From: Patescibacteria group bacterium
Lineage (GTDB): Bacteria > Patescibacteriota > Minisyncoccia > Phycocordibacterales > UBA918
NCBI GenBank assembly: GCA_040386275.1
Contig: JAZKFU010000005.1
Coordinates: forward strand, 7,378 to 71,377
Reading direction: 5' to 3'
DNA: 64,000 nucleotides
Both the position numbers and the translations under genes were made by a program. This document shows positions 10,467-19,447 of the stretch, piece after piece. The notes under the pieces are model-generated. The model did no database searches and was not told the DNA's origin. It worked only from the letters and a program-made list of their open reading frames with translations. Each line of letters begins with the position of its first letter. The first letter of the stretch is position 1.

Positions 10467-10793
10467 ATGTTCAAAAAATCCGAACGTATCACCCGTACCG
10501 CTTTTACACAATACTTTAAAATTGGCCGTCGGTTCCATACTGATTTCTTTACGCTTATTTACTCCCCCGCCCCGGTGCGGGGAGTGGCGGTGGTGGTTGG
10601 AAAAAAAGTATTTAAAGAGGCAGTTGATCGGAATACGTTACGTAGACGGGTCTATGCGGCGGCACGCACTTCACTTCAAACGAGTACTGGTATCTATCTG
10701 ATTATCGCCAAGCCGACTGCTAAAAATCTGAATCAAAAAGACGTAGCTCCGGCAATAGCAGAGCTTCTCGCCACCGCGTTAAAAGCAAGGTAG
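10467..10793 (+). CDS. rnpA: Ribonuclease P protein component
   Basis: VVGKKV.K.AV.RN.LRRR motif; follows rpmH. Confidence 0.93.
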   Translation: MFKKSERITRTAFTQYFKIGRRFHTDFFTLIYSPAPVRGVAVVVGKKVFKEAVDRNTLRRRVYAAARTSLQTSTGIYLIIAKPTAKNLNQKDVAPAIAELLATALKAR

Positions 10794-10805
10794 AATAGCG
10801 ACATT

Positions 10806-11540
10806 ATGTTTAGTTATATTTGGCACACGATTTTTTTTGACCCGGTCTATAACGGACTGGTGTTTTTTATTGATGTAATGCCCCGAGGAGACGTGGGGTT
10901 AGCGATTATTGCCATCGTTATTTTGGTAAAGTTTTGTCTCCTTCCTTTGTCTATAAAGGCGGTCAAGACACAAAAAATTATGAAGGAACTTGAGCCAAAG
11001 CTCAAGGAACTCAAAGAAAAATTTAAAGACAAGCGGGAGGAACAAGCGAAGGCCATGATGGAATTATACAAAGAAGCGGGCATGAATCCGTTTGCTAGTA
11101 TTTTACTTTTGTTTATTCAAATCCCGTTTATCATTGCCATTTACTTCGCGGTGTCTAAGGGTGGAGGCGTTCCTCTACCGGGCATTAATACAGATATCCT
11201 CTATTCTTTTATTCCCAATCCGGTCATGGTTTCGATGGAATTTTTTGGCAGTATTGATATTACGCAAAAGAGTATGGCGCTCGCATTGCTCGCGGGTATT
11301 ACTCAATTTTTTAGTACCAAACTCTCAATGGCTTCGATGCCGTTAAAAGAGAAAGATAAAGATGCGGCCCCAAGTCTAAAAGATGATTTTGCTCGCAATA
11401 TGCAGTTTCAAATGAAATACGTTATGCCTGTTTTTATTATCTTCATCGCCTACAGCTTCTCTGCTACCATCGCCCTATATTTTGTAGTCAGTAACCTAGT
11501 CCAAATCGCTCAAGAGTTCTACGTACGAAAGCACCGGTAA
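10806..11540 (+). CDS. yidC: Membrane protein insertase YidC/Oxa1
   Basis: GLAII, MMELYKE.G.NPF, IQIP, LYF.VSN; synteny with rpmH-rnpA. Confidence 0.95.
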   Translation: MFSYIWHTIFFDPVYNGLVFFIDVMPRGDVGLAIIAIVILVKFCLLPLSIKAVKTQKIMKELEPKLKELKEKFKDKREEQAKAMMELYKEAGMNPFASILLLFIQIPFIIAIYFAVSKGGGVPLPGINTDILYSFIPNPVMVSMEFFGSIDITQKSMALALLAGITQFFSTKLSMASMPLKEKDKDAAPSLKDDFARNMQFQMKYVMPVFIIFIAYSFSATIALYFVVSNLVQIAQEFYVRKHR

Positions 11541-11552
11541 AAGTAACTATCA

Positions 11553-12629
11553 TTATAGAATCGGATCGACGTAACCTTCAGGTACACATCCACGAGTGGA
11601 ATCCCATTGTGTAGTCGGGTCTGCATCGCACGCTACCCGGGCAGCTTCTTCCGCAGCTTCTTCCGCAGCTTCTGCTTCGGCAGCAAGGTCTCGAGGTATT
11701 GAACAAGTAACAGTGGTATCTGTAGCAGCAGTTACATACCCAGATCTATCGTAACAATCATCTCGAGCAGATTGGCAAAAGCCCCCTTGATTTATTGCGG
11801 CACCACCTCCTCTACCTCCACCACCACTAGTAGCTCCGGTACAGGTAATAGATTCTGTAGCACCATTTCTCACTAAGCACGTCTGGCCGTTACTGGTATA
11901 CACACCATTTATCCCACTACACGCTCCTGGGCAGGTATTGTAATCAGCACCATACACTTCACAACTTAGAACCGAACATTGCTGGCTATTTCCACCGCAC
12001 GAACTTCCTACCATAAGTTCAGCCAGGCGTTCATTACTTACGGCACATCGTATGGCTCCATTAGCTGTTTCTCGGAACACAAAACCATCTGCATTATTAC
12101 AATCATCCTGGCAAGAGGCGCCAGACCCGCCGGGTAAAAATTCACTTATGCCCGGCAATCGGTTCTGGCTATCAGTACATACTTGAATAGTACAGGTGCT
12201 ATTATCTGTTCCACAAAGTCTTCGTAATTCACCCTCAGGGCCAGTTAGAGGACGATCGTTAATGGGGAGAGTTTCAAGATCAAAATTTACATTCGTTAAG
12301 TCAGTGTTAATAGTATTAAGAATTACAATAGCACCGATGACAATTAAAAGTCCAATTAAAGCCCCTTGGATATCTTTTTTGGCTTCTTCTTTGGCTGGCA
12401 CTATGTCGGTGAGCATGTATTTTGCTCCCGCGGCGATAATTTTAATTACCGCAAGCAAAGCTGCAATACTAATAGAGAGTCTATAGAGGGCGTTAATATA
12501 TTGATTTAAACCACCTCCTACTACATCTACCCCCGGTATACCCACCAACATTCTAAATTCAGCTGCAAAAAGAGCACTTGGTGTTAAAAATCCGATTATC
12601 AGTAAGGAAATAAATAGTTTAGATTTCAT
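11553..12629 (-). CDS. TrbC/VirB2-like pilin with Cys-rich C-terminal extension
   Basis: Signal peptide, then YINALY..ISIAALLAV..II.AG..YM...EEAKK.I..AL.GL pilin core, then 18 Cys in a repeated pattern; start placed at MKSKL. Confidence 0.7.
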   Translation of the reverse strand: MKSKLFISLLIIGFLTPSALFAAEFRMLVGIPGVDVVGGGLNQYINALYRLSISIAALLAVIKIIAAGAKYMLTDIVPAKEEAKKDIQGALIGLLIVIGAIVILNTINTDLTNVNFDLETLPINDRPLTGPEGELRRLCGTDNSTCTIQVCTDSQNRLPGISEFLPGGSGASCQDDCNNADGFVFRETANGAIRCAVSNERLAELMVGSSCGGNSQQCSVLSCEVYGADYNTCPGACSGINGVYTSNGQTCLVRNGATESITCTGATSGGGGRGGGAAINQGGFCQSARDDCYDRSGYVTAATDTTVTCSIPRDLAAEAEAAEEAAEEAARVACDADPTTQWDSTRGCVPEGYVDPIL

Positions 12630-13797
12630 ACATCCAAAGTGTATTATCAGTTTTATTTGTAAAGTATAACACCCCGCCGTCACTACTGGTCTGCATAGTT
12701 GTAACGTCAATTGCTCTCCCTACGACTGATTCAGGGTTAATCAATTGTGAGGCGCTACCTTTAGATGCATCTATTCTCCATAGTTGATCAGAGTAGGAAC
12801 GAATTCCTTTATACCAATCGTCGGGAAATTCAGAACCATATGTTTCCTGGGTTGATCCACAGTAGAATATATTTAATTCAGTTTTTGAAAAGGCACATTT
12901 GTTTGGGTCTATAGTTGAAGCCAGGGTGCTGCTTGTTTTTTTGTCTACGGAATACGCCTGACTTGCAGGGCCGTTTCCTGTTTGTTTTGAAAAAATTACA
13001 TAATCACTATTGGCAAAGCTGGTTAATCCCCTCCCCTCAATTGGTAAGCGGTTAACAGTACCTCCTACAAAAGAATAGAGAAAACCGGTTAATTTTGCCG
13101 AGGCTTTTGGATATACATAATGTGGTGTTGTGGTAGTCATGCTCCATATAAAAGTTGCACTTTGAAATGGTACTGAAAAAAGTGTACGTATAGTTTTTGT
13201 AGTCGGGTTGAGTTCCTTTCCGGTTAAACCAACAGAACTAAATTCAGAATAAAGAAGTTGATTATTATCATTAAAATTAAAATCAACCATTTTGGGAATC
13301 AGGGTTACTTTAGTGGCGCTATTTTCTCCGGCTAGAGTTAAAAGTTCAACCGTGTTTTGAGCGCCATAACCTGATCGAATCGCAACGTATTCCCCGTTAG
13401 GGCTAAATTTTGCTAATTGAGGATTTGTAATTGTTATGTTTGAGAGACGGATTTCCGTTCCGGTCACAAGATCAATAGAAAAAACATGCCCAGTCCCCGC
13501 TTCGGCATACAACATTAATTGTTCATTATTAGTAATGCTTATTTTTTCTCCAAATCCAATGGTAGGTTTAAGGGTCAATTGTCTGAGCTGTACTAGATCA
13601 TCGACATCAACTTGACCATTGGTTACTTCGGGTATAAATGGTGTAAGGGGTGTAATATCAGAGTTTTCCGCAAAACTAAAATCAGTAAAAAATTGTTCAA
13701 TTGGTTTTGGTGTTCCATAAATAAGGAGGTATAACCAAATAGCTACTAGTAGTAGTATAGCGGATACTCCAGCGATAATAAGTAGTGTTTTATTCAT
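12619..13797 (-). CDS. Membrane-anchored beta-propeller-like protein (T4SS-like operon)
   Basis: N-terminal TM; TolB-like FSPNGEY and SSDGGVLYF repeats. Confidence 0.7.
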   Translation of the reverse strand: MNKTLLIIAGVSAILLLVAIWLYLLIYGTPKPIEQFFTDFSFAENSDITPLTPFIPEVTNGQVDVDDLVQLRQLTLKPTIGFGEKISITNNEQLMLYAEAGTGHVFSIDLVTGTEIRLSNITITNPQLAKFSPNGEYVAIRSGYGAQNTVELLTLAGENSATKVTLIPKMVDFNFNDNNQLLYSEFSSVGLTGKELNPTTKTIRTLFSVPFQSATFIWSMTTTTPHYVYPKASAKLTGFLYSFVGGTVNRLPIEGRGLTSFANSDYVIFSKQTGNGPASQAYSVDKKTSSTLASTIDPNKCAFSKTELNIFYCGSTQETYGSEFPDDWYKGIRSYSDQLWRIDASKGSASQLINPESVVGRAIDVTTMQTSSDGGVLYFTNKTDNTLWMYEI

Positions 13798-13798
13798 A

Positions 13799-14773
13799 TT
13801 AAAGCTTCACCTGGAATGAACTTTCATCACTTTGTAAAAGTTCTGAAAGGTTTCGAATTTTAAAACCAACACGGGCACTTCCGGCCGCTCCCCGTTCCAG
13901 GTTAATTTCGAATGGGTCAAAGTTGTTTGTTGGTGTTGGCCTGTTATTTATGCTCCACTCAGTAAAAAGATTGCCATTAATTGCTCTGGTGTCGAGGTAA
14001 TATGGTGCCGCTTTAATAGATGCGCTGTTACCAGTGAGAATAAACTCACTGGAAATTGCTTTTTGACCCAAACCAAGCAGGCTATTCATTTCGTAAAATT
14101 GCACATCAAGCTTAGCGGTTGGAATAGAAACTAACTTCCGAGCGACGGTGGTGTTATTTTTATCTTGTACGGAAATGGTGACGACACTCGTTTCACCATG
14201 CGGAACAACAATTTGTGCCCAATTCCCCCCTAGTCTCCCTCCTCCGTATACTGAATCGTTATTTAAGCTCCAAACATAGATGTAATTAGCACTATTAATT
14301 GGACCGTTTATATTTTGAAGCAGCGCATTAATATTAATGATGCTCCCTTTGGTAGGTAAAGCTCTTCCTTGATAAAAAACAGGAGTATAGGTTTGAGGTT
14401 CAACAATAAGGTCGAGGTAAAGGGGCGAGAGAATTCTTTTCGCTTCAATTTTTTGTCCGTTTGGATAAGTCAGACGGGCTATAACTGACATGGATTTACC
14501 AATCGCTGGTGCGGTAAAAGTAATTTTACGGAGGTTAGTAACCGCTGGAGCACTGAGTCCATCAAAATACCAAGTAATTGTTGCTCCGCTTCCGTTGAGA
14601 GCATAATCATCAAGGGTGGCAGTGACTTGTTCGTCAGGATTAGGAAATTGAGGATTAAGAATAATACTCACGTTTTCACCTGTTATTTCTGCAATACTGC
14701 TCCCCACTTGAGCACATAAGATAGTTGTCGGCGTCGCGAGCAATAAAAAAAATATAATAGCAATCAATCGCAT
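13799..14773 (-). CDS. Secreted Ig-like/beta-rich hypothetical protein
   Basis: Signal peptide from MRLIAII; repeated I.W.. and Y.W.LN Ig-like strands. Confidence 0.7.
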   Translation of the reverse strand: MRLIAIIFFLLLATPTTILCAQVGSSIAEITGENVSIILNPQFPNPDEQVTATLDDYALNGSGATITWYFDGLSAPAVTNLRKITFTAPAIGKSMSVIARLTYPNGQKIEAKRILSPLYLDLIVEPQTYTPVFYQGRALPTKGSIININALLQNINGPINSANYIYVWSLNNDSVYGGGRLGGNWAQIVVPHGETSVVTISVQDKNNTTVARKLVSIPTAKLDVQFYEMNSLLGLGQKAISSEFILTGNSASIKAAPYYLDTRAINGNLFTEWSINNRPTPTNNFDPFEINLERGAAGSARVGFKIRNLSELLQSDESSFQVKL

Positions 14774-14820
14774 ATCCCTATTGTACCAAAGTGTTTTCCC
14801 TAAATGACGAGGAAGTTCAC

Positions 14821-15591
14821 TTATTTTGGATAAGCGGCCACTGCCCACGCCCAAATAGCCGTCATGGGCACAATGGGTAAAAAGCAACTTATAATCGCAC
14901 AAAGGAAGAGACCAGTTTTTAAAGTGGTAGCGTTACCAAATAATGGATGAAGTCGCATTATTTTGGCACCTAGTAGTGCGCCGAGTAAAAGTACTCCCCC
15001 TATAATGGCAAGTAAGGCAAAGGCCGCGCTTGCCAGTGCACTCAAATCGGAATACTCAAACCCTACTACCCAACCCACATTTTGCACCACTTTGTCAGCG
15101 GCCCAGGCCAGCCAGGATTCTTCAACTTGGGTCGACATACCTAAAAGAATTCCCCCAATAGACGCAAGTAATATCTGTATGGGCCAGAGCGTAAACGCAA
15201 TGCTGGCGACAATGCCACCAAACGATACTCCGCGAGCTCGTGCGAGGATGGTAATTTTTGGTTTATTGGCGTCGAGCGCAGTATCGTTGCTTGCCATTAT
15301 TTGTTGTTCTTCTCTGTAGTAGCGCTGATCCACACGTTCATTGCGTGGACTGATCTCAGTTTCCTTTAAAGATTCATTTCGGCCTTGGTAACGTCGGGCA
15401 GTTGTACGTTTACGCCGTCCATCTTCACTAGGTCGTGAAGTAAGGGTTCTCGGTTGATTCCCATTTTCTATTCGTGAATTTTGTATACCTGAGTCATTTT
15501 CCGAGGAGTTTCTAAAGCGCAGGTTGGGATTATTATAACCTTCTTCAAATTCCGAGGCTATATCACGTTGTTTGGGGCCAAAAGTTGCCAT
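14821..15591 (-). CDS. Membrane protein with charged N-terminal tail
   Basis: 256-aa ORF in operon; several C-terminal TM segments. Confidence 0.7.
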   Translation of the reverse strand: MATFGPKQRDIASEFEEGYNNPNLRFRNSSENDSGIQNSRIENGNQPRTLTSRPSEDGRRKRTTARRYQGRNESLKETEISPRNERVDQRYYREEQQIMASNDTALDANKPKITILARARGVSFGGIVASIAFTLWPIQILLASIGGILLGMSTQVEESWLAWAADKVVQNVGWVVGFEYSDLSALASAAFALLAIIGGVLLLGALLGAKIMRLHPLFGNATTLKTGLFLCAIISCFLPIVPMTAIWAWAVAAYPK

Positions 15592-15606
15592 ATACTGCTA
15601 AGTATA

Positions 15607-17403
15607 CTACAACTGACTCTCGTTTAATTCCTTGCGCGCATTTTTGATTTGGAGAATTTGAGAAGGGTCCGAGGTGATGATTTGATCTTCCGTGTATGAA
15701 GCAATCACTTTAATAGCGACGTGTTTTAACCCGACGAAGAATAAGCCCTCCCCCACATCTGATTCCAGTAACAAGAACTTTTCTTCATCTGTTAAGTTAA
15801 ACGTGCGTTGAATGTTATCAATGGCGGTAGGTGATTGTTTCATTAAAAATTGAAGCGACGAGTTTGTAATCATCGGTACCCCGTACGGTGAGCGTAAAAA
15901 GTCGTCCACGTCTTGCGTTATAGTAGCAATACCTAAAAAGTATTTTCGTCCTCGTTTAGCCAAACTAAACAAGAAAGAAGCAGTGTCTTCAGATTTCATC
16001 ATCCACCAGGCTTCATCAATCACCAGTAGTCGTTTAACCAAGCGACGACGAATAGCAGCCCAGATGTAGTTGGTCACGATAAACATGGCGATGGTTTTTA
16101 ATTCATCTTCCATGTCTCGGAGTGAAAACACCACAAATTTCTGTTGAATATCAACGTTGGTGGGGTGGTTCATAAAACCAGACCAAGTACCAGAGGTATA
16201 TTTTTGTAATCGACTAATTAACGAGGCGCTCCCATTCATTCCGGCAAGCACCATTTCAAAGTCCGAGAGTAGTGGCGGTTCAAGATCTTTAAAGTTACTT
16301 TGTTCGGTAATATCCTTTAAGGCGTAGGTTTCGCGAATCGCTAAGTCAATAATTGTCTCTTCTTCAGGCGCTAGTCCGCCTAACATTAATTTAAAAAGTC
16401 CAATTAAATGAACGATCTGTGATCGCAGTACGTCAGCTGGTTCCTCGTCATCTCCTGGAGGTGGTAGATCAAAGGGGTTAATGTGGTGTTTTGAAGAAAG
16501 TGAAATATTAAAAAATCGTCCGCCGGTGGCTTCTGCTAAGTACTCGTATTCACGCTCCGGGTCAATCACGATTACCTCTGACCCAAACATAAGGGATCGG
16601 AGAATTTCTAACTTAATACTGTATGACTTCCCGGCTCCCGAGGTCGCAAAGGTAACAGAGTTGTAGTTCGTTAATCCAAAACGATCAAATAATACCAATG
16701 ATGAGTTGTGGCGATTGATACCATATAAAATTCCCGTGTCTGAAGTGAGGTCAAACGAAGTAAACGGAAAGAAGCTAGAAAGTGGTGAGGAGTTAAATTT
16801 ACTGTGGGTCATTAACTCATCGGTTCCGGTTGGAATAATACTTTGCAGTCCGGGTTCTTGGCGGAAGAGGGCGGGTTTGATGTAAATGAGTTTAGAGTCA
16901 AGGATACCTTTAATGTCATTTTCGACTTTATTTAGTTTGGCGTCGTCTTCTCCATAAACCGCAATGTATAGCCCGACATCAAATAACTTTTCTTCGGCTT
17001 GTTGGAGCTTGTCGCGCAAATCCTCAAGGTTACGATAGGCCGCTTCAAGTTGCGGGTCACGCACTTCCCCGCGCTCGGCACGAATATTAATTTGACTCTG
17101 TACCTCCGCTACTTTTTTCTGAAATTTCTTTAAAGTTTCGGCAGTACTAATCGGGTGAATCACAATGGTCACATCGAGTTCCTTTTCCATGTTGAGTACT
17201 GGTTCAAGCCAGCCGTCATTTAAAAAGCGGGGGTAGGATACTGCATAAAATACGCGGGCGGAGGTACCGCTAATATTAATACTGCCGGGTTTGATACTAA
17301 CAGCCGAAGGAGCGATAACGTCAGCCAGCGTTAAAAGACTTTCACTAATCGCGATTTGATTTTCATCTAATTTTTTTGGTCGTAGATTATCGAGAAGTCC
17401 CAT
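15607..17403 (-). CDS. VirB4/TraC-family T4SS ATPase
   Basis: YGIN.HN..LV.FDRF, Walker A ATSGAGKS, IDPE.EY, INPFD, Walker B LVIDEAW, KRGRKY, ITQD. Confidence 0.92.
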   Translation of the reverse strand: MGLLDNLRPKKLDENQIAISESLLTLADVIAPSAVSIKPGSINISGTSARVFYAVSYPRFLNDGWLEPVLNMEKELDVTIVIHPISTAETLKKFQKKVAEVQSQINIRAERGEVRDPQLEAAYRNLEDLRDKLQQAEEKLFDVGLYIAVYGEDDAKLNKVENDIKGILDSKLIYIKPALFRQEPGLQSIIPTGTDELMTHSKFNSSPLSSFFPFTSFDLTSDTGILYGINRHNSSLVLFDRFGLTNYNSVTFATSGAGKSYSIKLEILRSLMFGSEVIVIDPEREYEYLAEATGGRFFNISLSSKHHINPFDLPPPGDDEEPADVLRSQIVHLIGLFKLMLGGLAPEEETIIDLAIRETYALKDITEQSNFKDLEPPLLSDFEMVLAGMNGSASLISRLQKYTSGTWSGFMNHPTNVDIQQKFVVFSLRDMEDELKTIAMFIVTNYIWAAIRRRLVKRLLVIDEAWWMMKSEDTASFLFSLAKRGRKYFLGIATITQDVDDFLRSPYGVPMITNSSLQFLMKQSPTAIDNIQRTFNLTDEEKFLLLESDVGEGLFFVGLKHVAIKVIASYTEDQIITSDPSQILQIKNARKELNESQL

Positions 17404-17408
17404 AGTTG

Positions 17409-18041
17409 TTATTGTATCGTAGGAGCGGAGCCAGTGATATCACCGGGGTTGTATATGTGATAAAACAGCTCAACTAATTCGTCTGTTTGAAGTGCAATCG
17501 TACGAACTCCCATGCGATTAAGTCCTTGTTCCACCACCGCTTGGCGTTGCTCAAGTTGGAGTCGCTGTTCTTCTAGAGTAGCTTCGTTTTGTAACCCGGC
17601 CCGGCCTTGGTTTAAAATGCCTTTAAAACCTTGTGTAATATTAATTTTGTTTGGCGTATACGGCACAATCACAAAAAAGTTTTTACTCATCACATCAACT
17701 TCAACGGTAAAACTGCGAATAAATTCAATATATTCGCGTAACTGGACGCGCATTAAATCATTATCCTGACTCCCCTGCCGTTCGGCGAGCATGGCTAGAT
17801 ATGGTTCGATGTTTAATCGACGTGACTGCACGTAAATTTGTAGAGAAAAATCGATAGTATTAAGAAAGTTTTGAAATTGAAACAAGATGGCACGTTGTTC
17901 ATCTTGTGATTTGAGTGCAAAGTTAACTGACGAAGCTAACAGTACTTTACAAATCTGGCCAGATTTTAATATCACAATGCCGTCGCGAATGTCGCGAATT
18001 GAAACAAAGTCTTGAGTTGCTGCAGAAGTATTGGTAGCCAT
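17409..18041 (-). CDS. T4SS-associated protein (TraC/VirB4 N-terminal-like)
   Basis: ATQDFV.I..I.DG, S.NFALKS..EQ, FQ.FLN..DF..QI; between PrgI-like gene and VirB4. Confidence 0.75.
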   Translation of the reverse strand: MATNTSAATQDFVSIRDIRDGIVILKSGQICKVLLASSVNFALKSQDEQRAILFQFQNFLNTIDFSLQIYVQSRRLNIEPYLAMLAERQGSQDNDLMRVQLREYIEFIRSFTVEVDVMSKNFFVIVPYTPNKINITQGFKGILNQGRAGLQNEATLEEQRLQLEQRQAVVEQGLNRMGVRTIALQTDELVELFYHIYNPGDITGSAPTIQ

Positions 18042-18047
18042 ATAGTA

Positions 18048-18467
18048 TTAATCCTTTTTTTCCATGGCTTTAAGTTCCAAACGGCGCGCCAAAGACGTAA
18101 TATCCTTTTTTTGGTTATGGGTCGGATTCATCATAATAGGATTACGAATAGTCGTGGTGGGCGTAAAAGTTTCTTTATGAACAATTTCTCGTGTTTGTTG
18201 CCATAGATAGAGCCGTTTCCGACGATAGTGGTTATACATCGCCTCCAGAAAGTGAGAAAAGGGACGATTGTTAACGGGGTAAAACGCTAAAGCGGCGGTA
18301 AAAAGTCCAATTAAAAATGCCGGAATAATAGCGAGGAAAAACGGTAATGTTAAGAGTAACACCACGACCATTCCCCCACCGCCACCCAAATACAAAAATT
18401 GCCGCCACGTAAATGGACCTACAATCTTGTCTTCTATTTCGATGAACTGCGGGACTTCAAACTGCAT
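18048..18467 (-). CDS. PrgI family protein (VirB3-like)
   Basis: MQFEVPQFIEIEDKIVGPFTWRQF..L, two TM segments, N.RPF. Confidence 0.85.
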   Translation of the reverse strand: MQFEVPQFIEIEDKIVGPFTWRQFLYLGGGGGMVVVLLLTLPFFLAIIPAFLIGLFTAALAFYPVNNRPFSHFLEAMYNHYRRKRLYLWQQTREIVHKETFTPTTTIRNPIMMNPTHNQKKDITSLARRLELKAMEKKD

Positions 18468-18526
18468 GCGATTATTATACAGTATCGCTACTAATAGAGA
18501 GTCAGACTTTTACTCAGTGCTCGGTG

Positions 18527-19444
18527 TTAGCTCCAGCGAGATTCATCTGTATCAGGCTTTGCTGGTACTGGTTGTGTGTATGTCGGCACACCCACGGCAG
18601 TTCGTTCGAGGGTTGGCTGGGTCGATACGTAGATAGGTTCATCAATATTCGCTACTGCATTAAATGTAGTCCGGGCCGGTGATCGTTCCTGAGCCATATC
18701 CGACGCCATGGTTCGAATTTCTGGAATTGCAGACTGTTGTTCGAAATGTACTGGTGTAGAAGGTTCTAATGGGGACTGGGTACTATTAGATAGTGGTGGA
18801 TTAGAAGCTTCAAACTCCTCTTCCTCGTCATCTCCTGGTGGTTGCCAGTTAGGATCAGAAAGTGGTTTTAGAAACTCTTGTATATCAATCGCAATTTTTT
18901 CGGCTGTAGTGGTATCAAGTGCTAGTTCCTGCTGAAGAAGGGCTGCAGTATCTTCAATTTTATAAAAGCCCAGAGCAATATCTCCAATAACTATAAGAAA
19001 CTGTTTAAAGGAAACAACCTCAAAAAGATTGTTAGTAGTATAAATTTCAGCAACTTCAATTTTACACTTGGGAGCGTGAATAAAATAGGCTTTATGTGGA
19101 TCATGGTTCATTTGGTTAGTTCGTAATTCTGTAGAAATTTGCGGGGCAAGTGTTGTGTAGTCATTTTCAGTAAGAAAAAAATGAAAACAAAGCTCAGTGA
19201 CAGGCGTAATTAAACTGCTGTTTAAATTGTTTTTACTAATGTAACTTTCTAAATCATTTGATTCTGATAAATTCAAAACCGTGTTACTTATATGCAGTAC
19301 CAAATCACGAATAATTACACTAGTTAGTTTCCCCGCAAGTTTTTTTTGTAAATATTTCGAAATTATATTTGAATCAATAAAATTCTGCGTCTGAGGACTT
19401 GCTTGTCGGTAGGCTTCAATAAATTTTTCCCAATTGTAAAACAT
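18527..19444 (-). CDS. Hypothetical protein
   Basis: 305-aa ORF within operon; helical domain(s) plus Pro-rich acidic tail. Confidence 0.7.
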   Translation of the reverse strand: MFYNWEKFIEAYRQASPQTQNFIDSNIISKYLQKKLAGKLTSVIIRDLVLHISNTVLNLSESNDLESYISKNNLNSSLITPVTELCFHFFLTENDYTTLAPQISTELRTNQMNHDPHKAYFIHAPKCKIEVAEIYTTNNLFEVVSFKQFLIVIGDIALGFYKIEDTAALLQQELALDTTTAEKIAIDIQEFLKPLSDPNWQPPGDDEEEEFEASNPPLSNSTQSPLEPSTPVHFEQQSAIPEIRTMASDMAQERSPARTTFNAVANIDEPIYVSTQPTLERTAVGVPTYTQPVPAKPDTDESRWS

Positions 19445-19447
19445 ATT

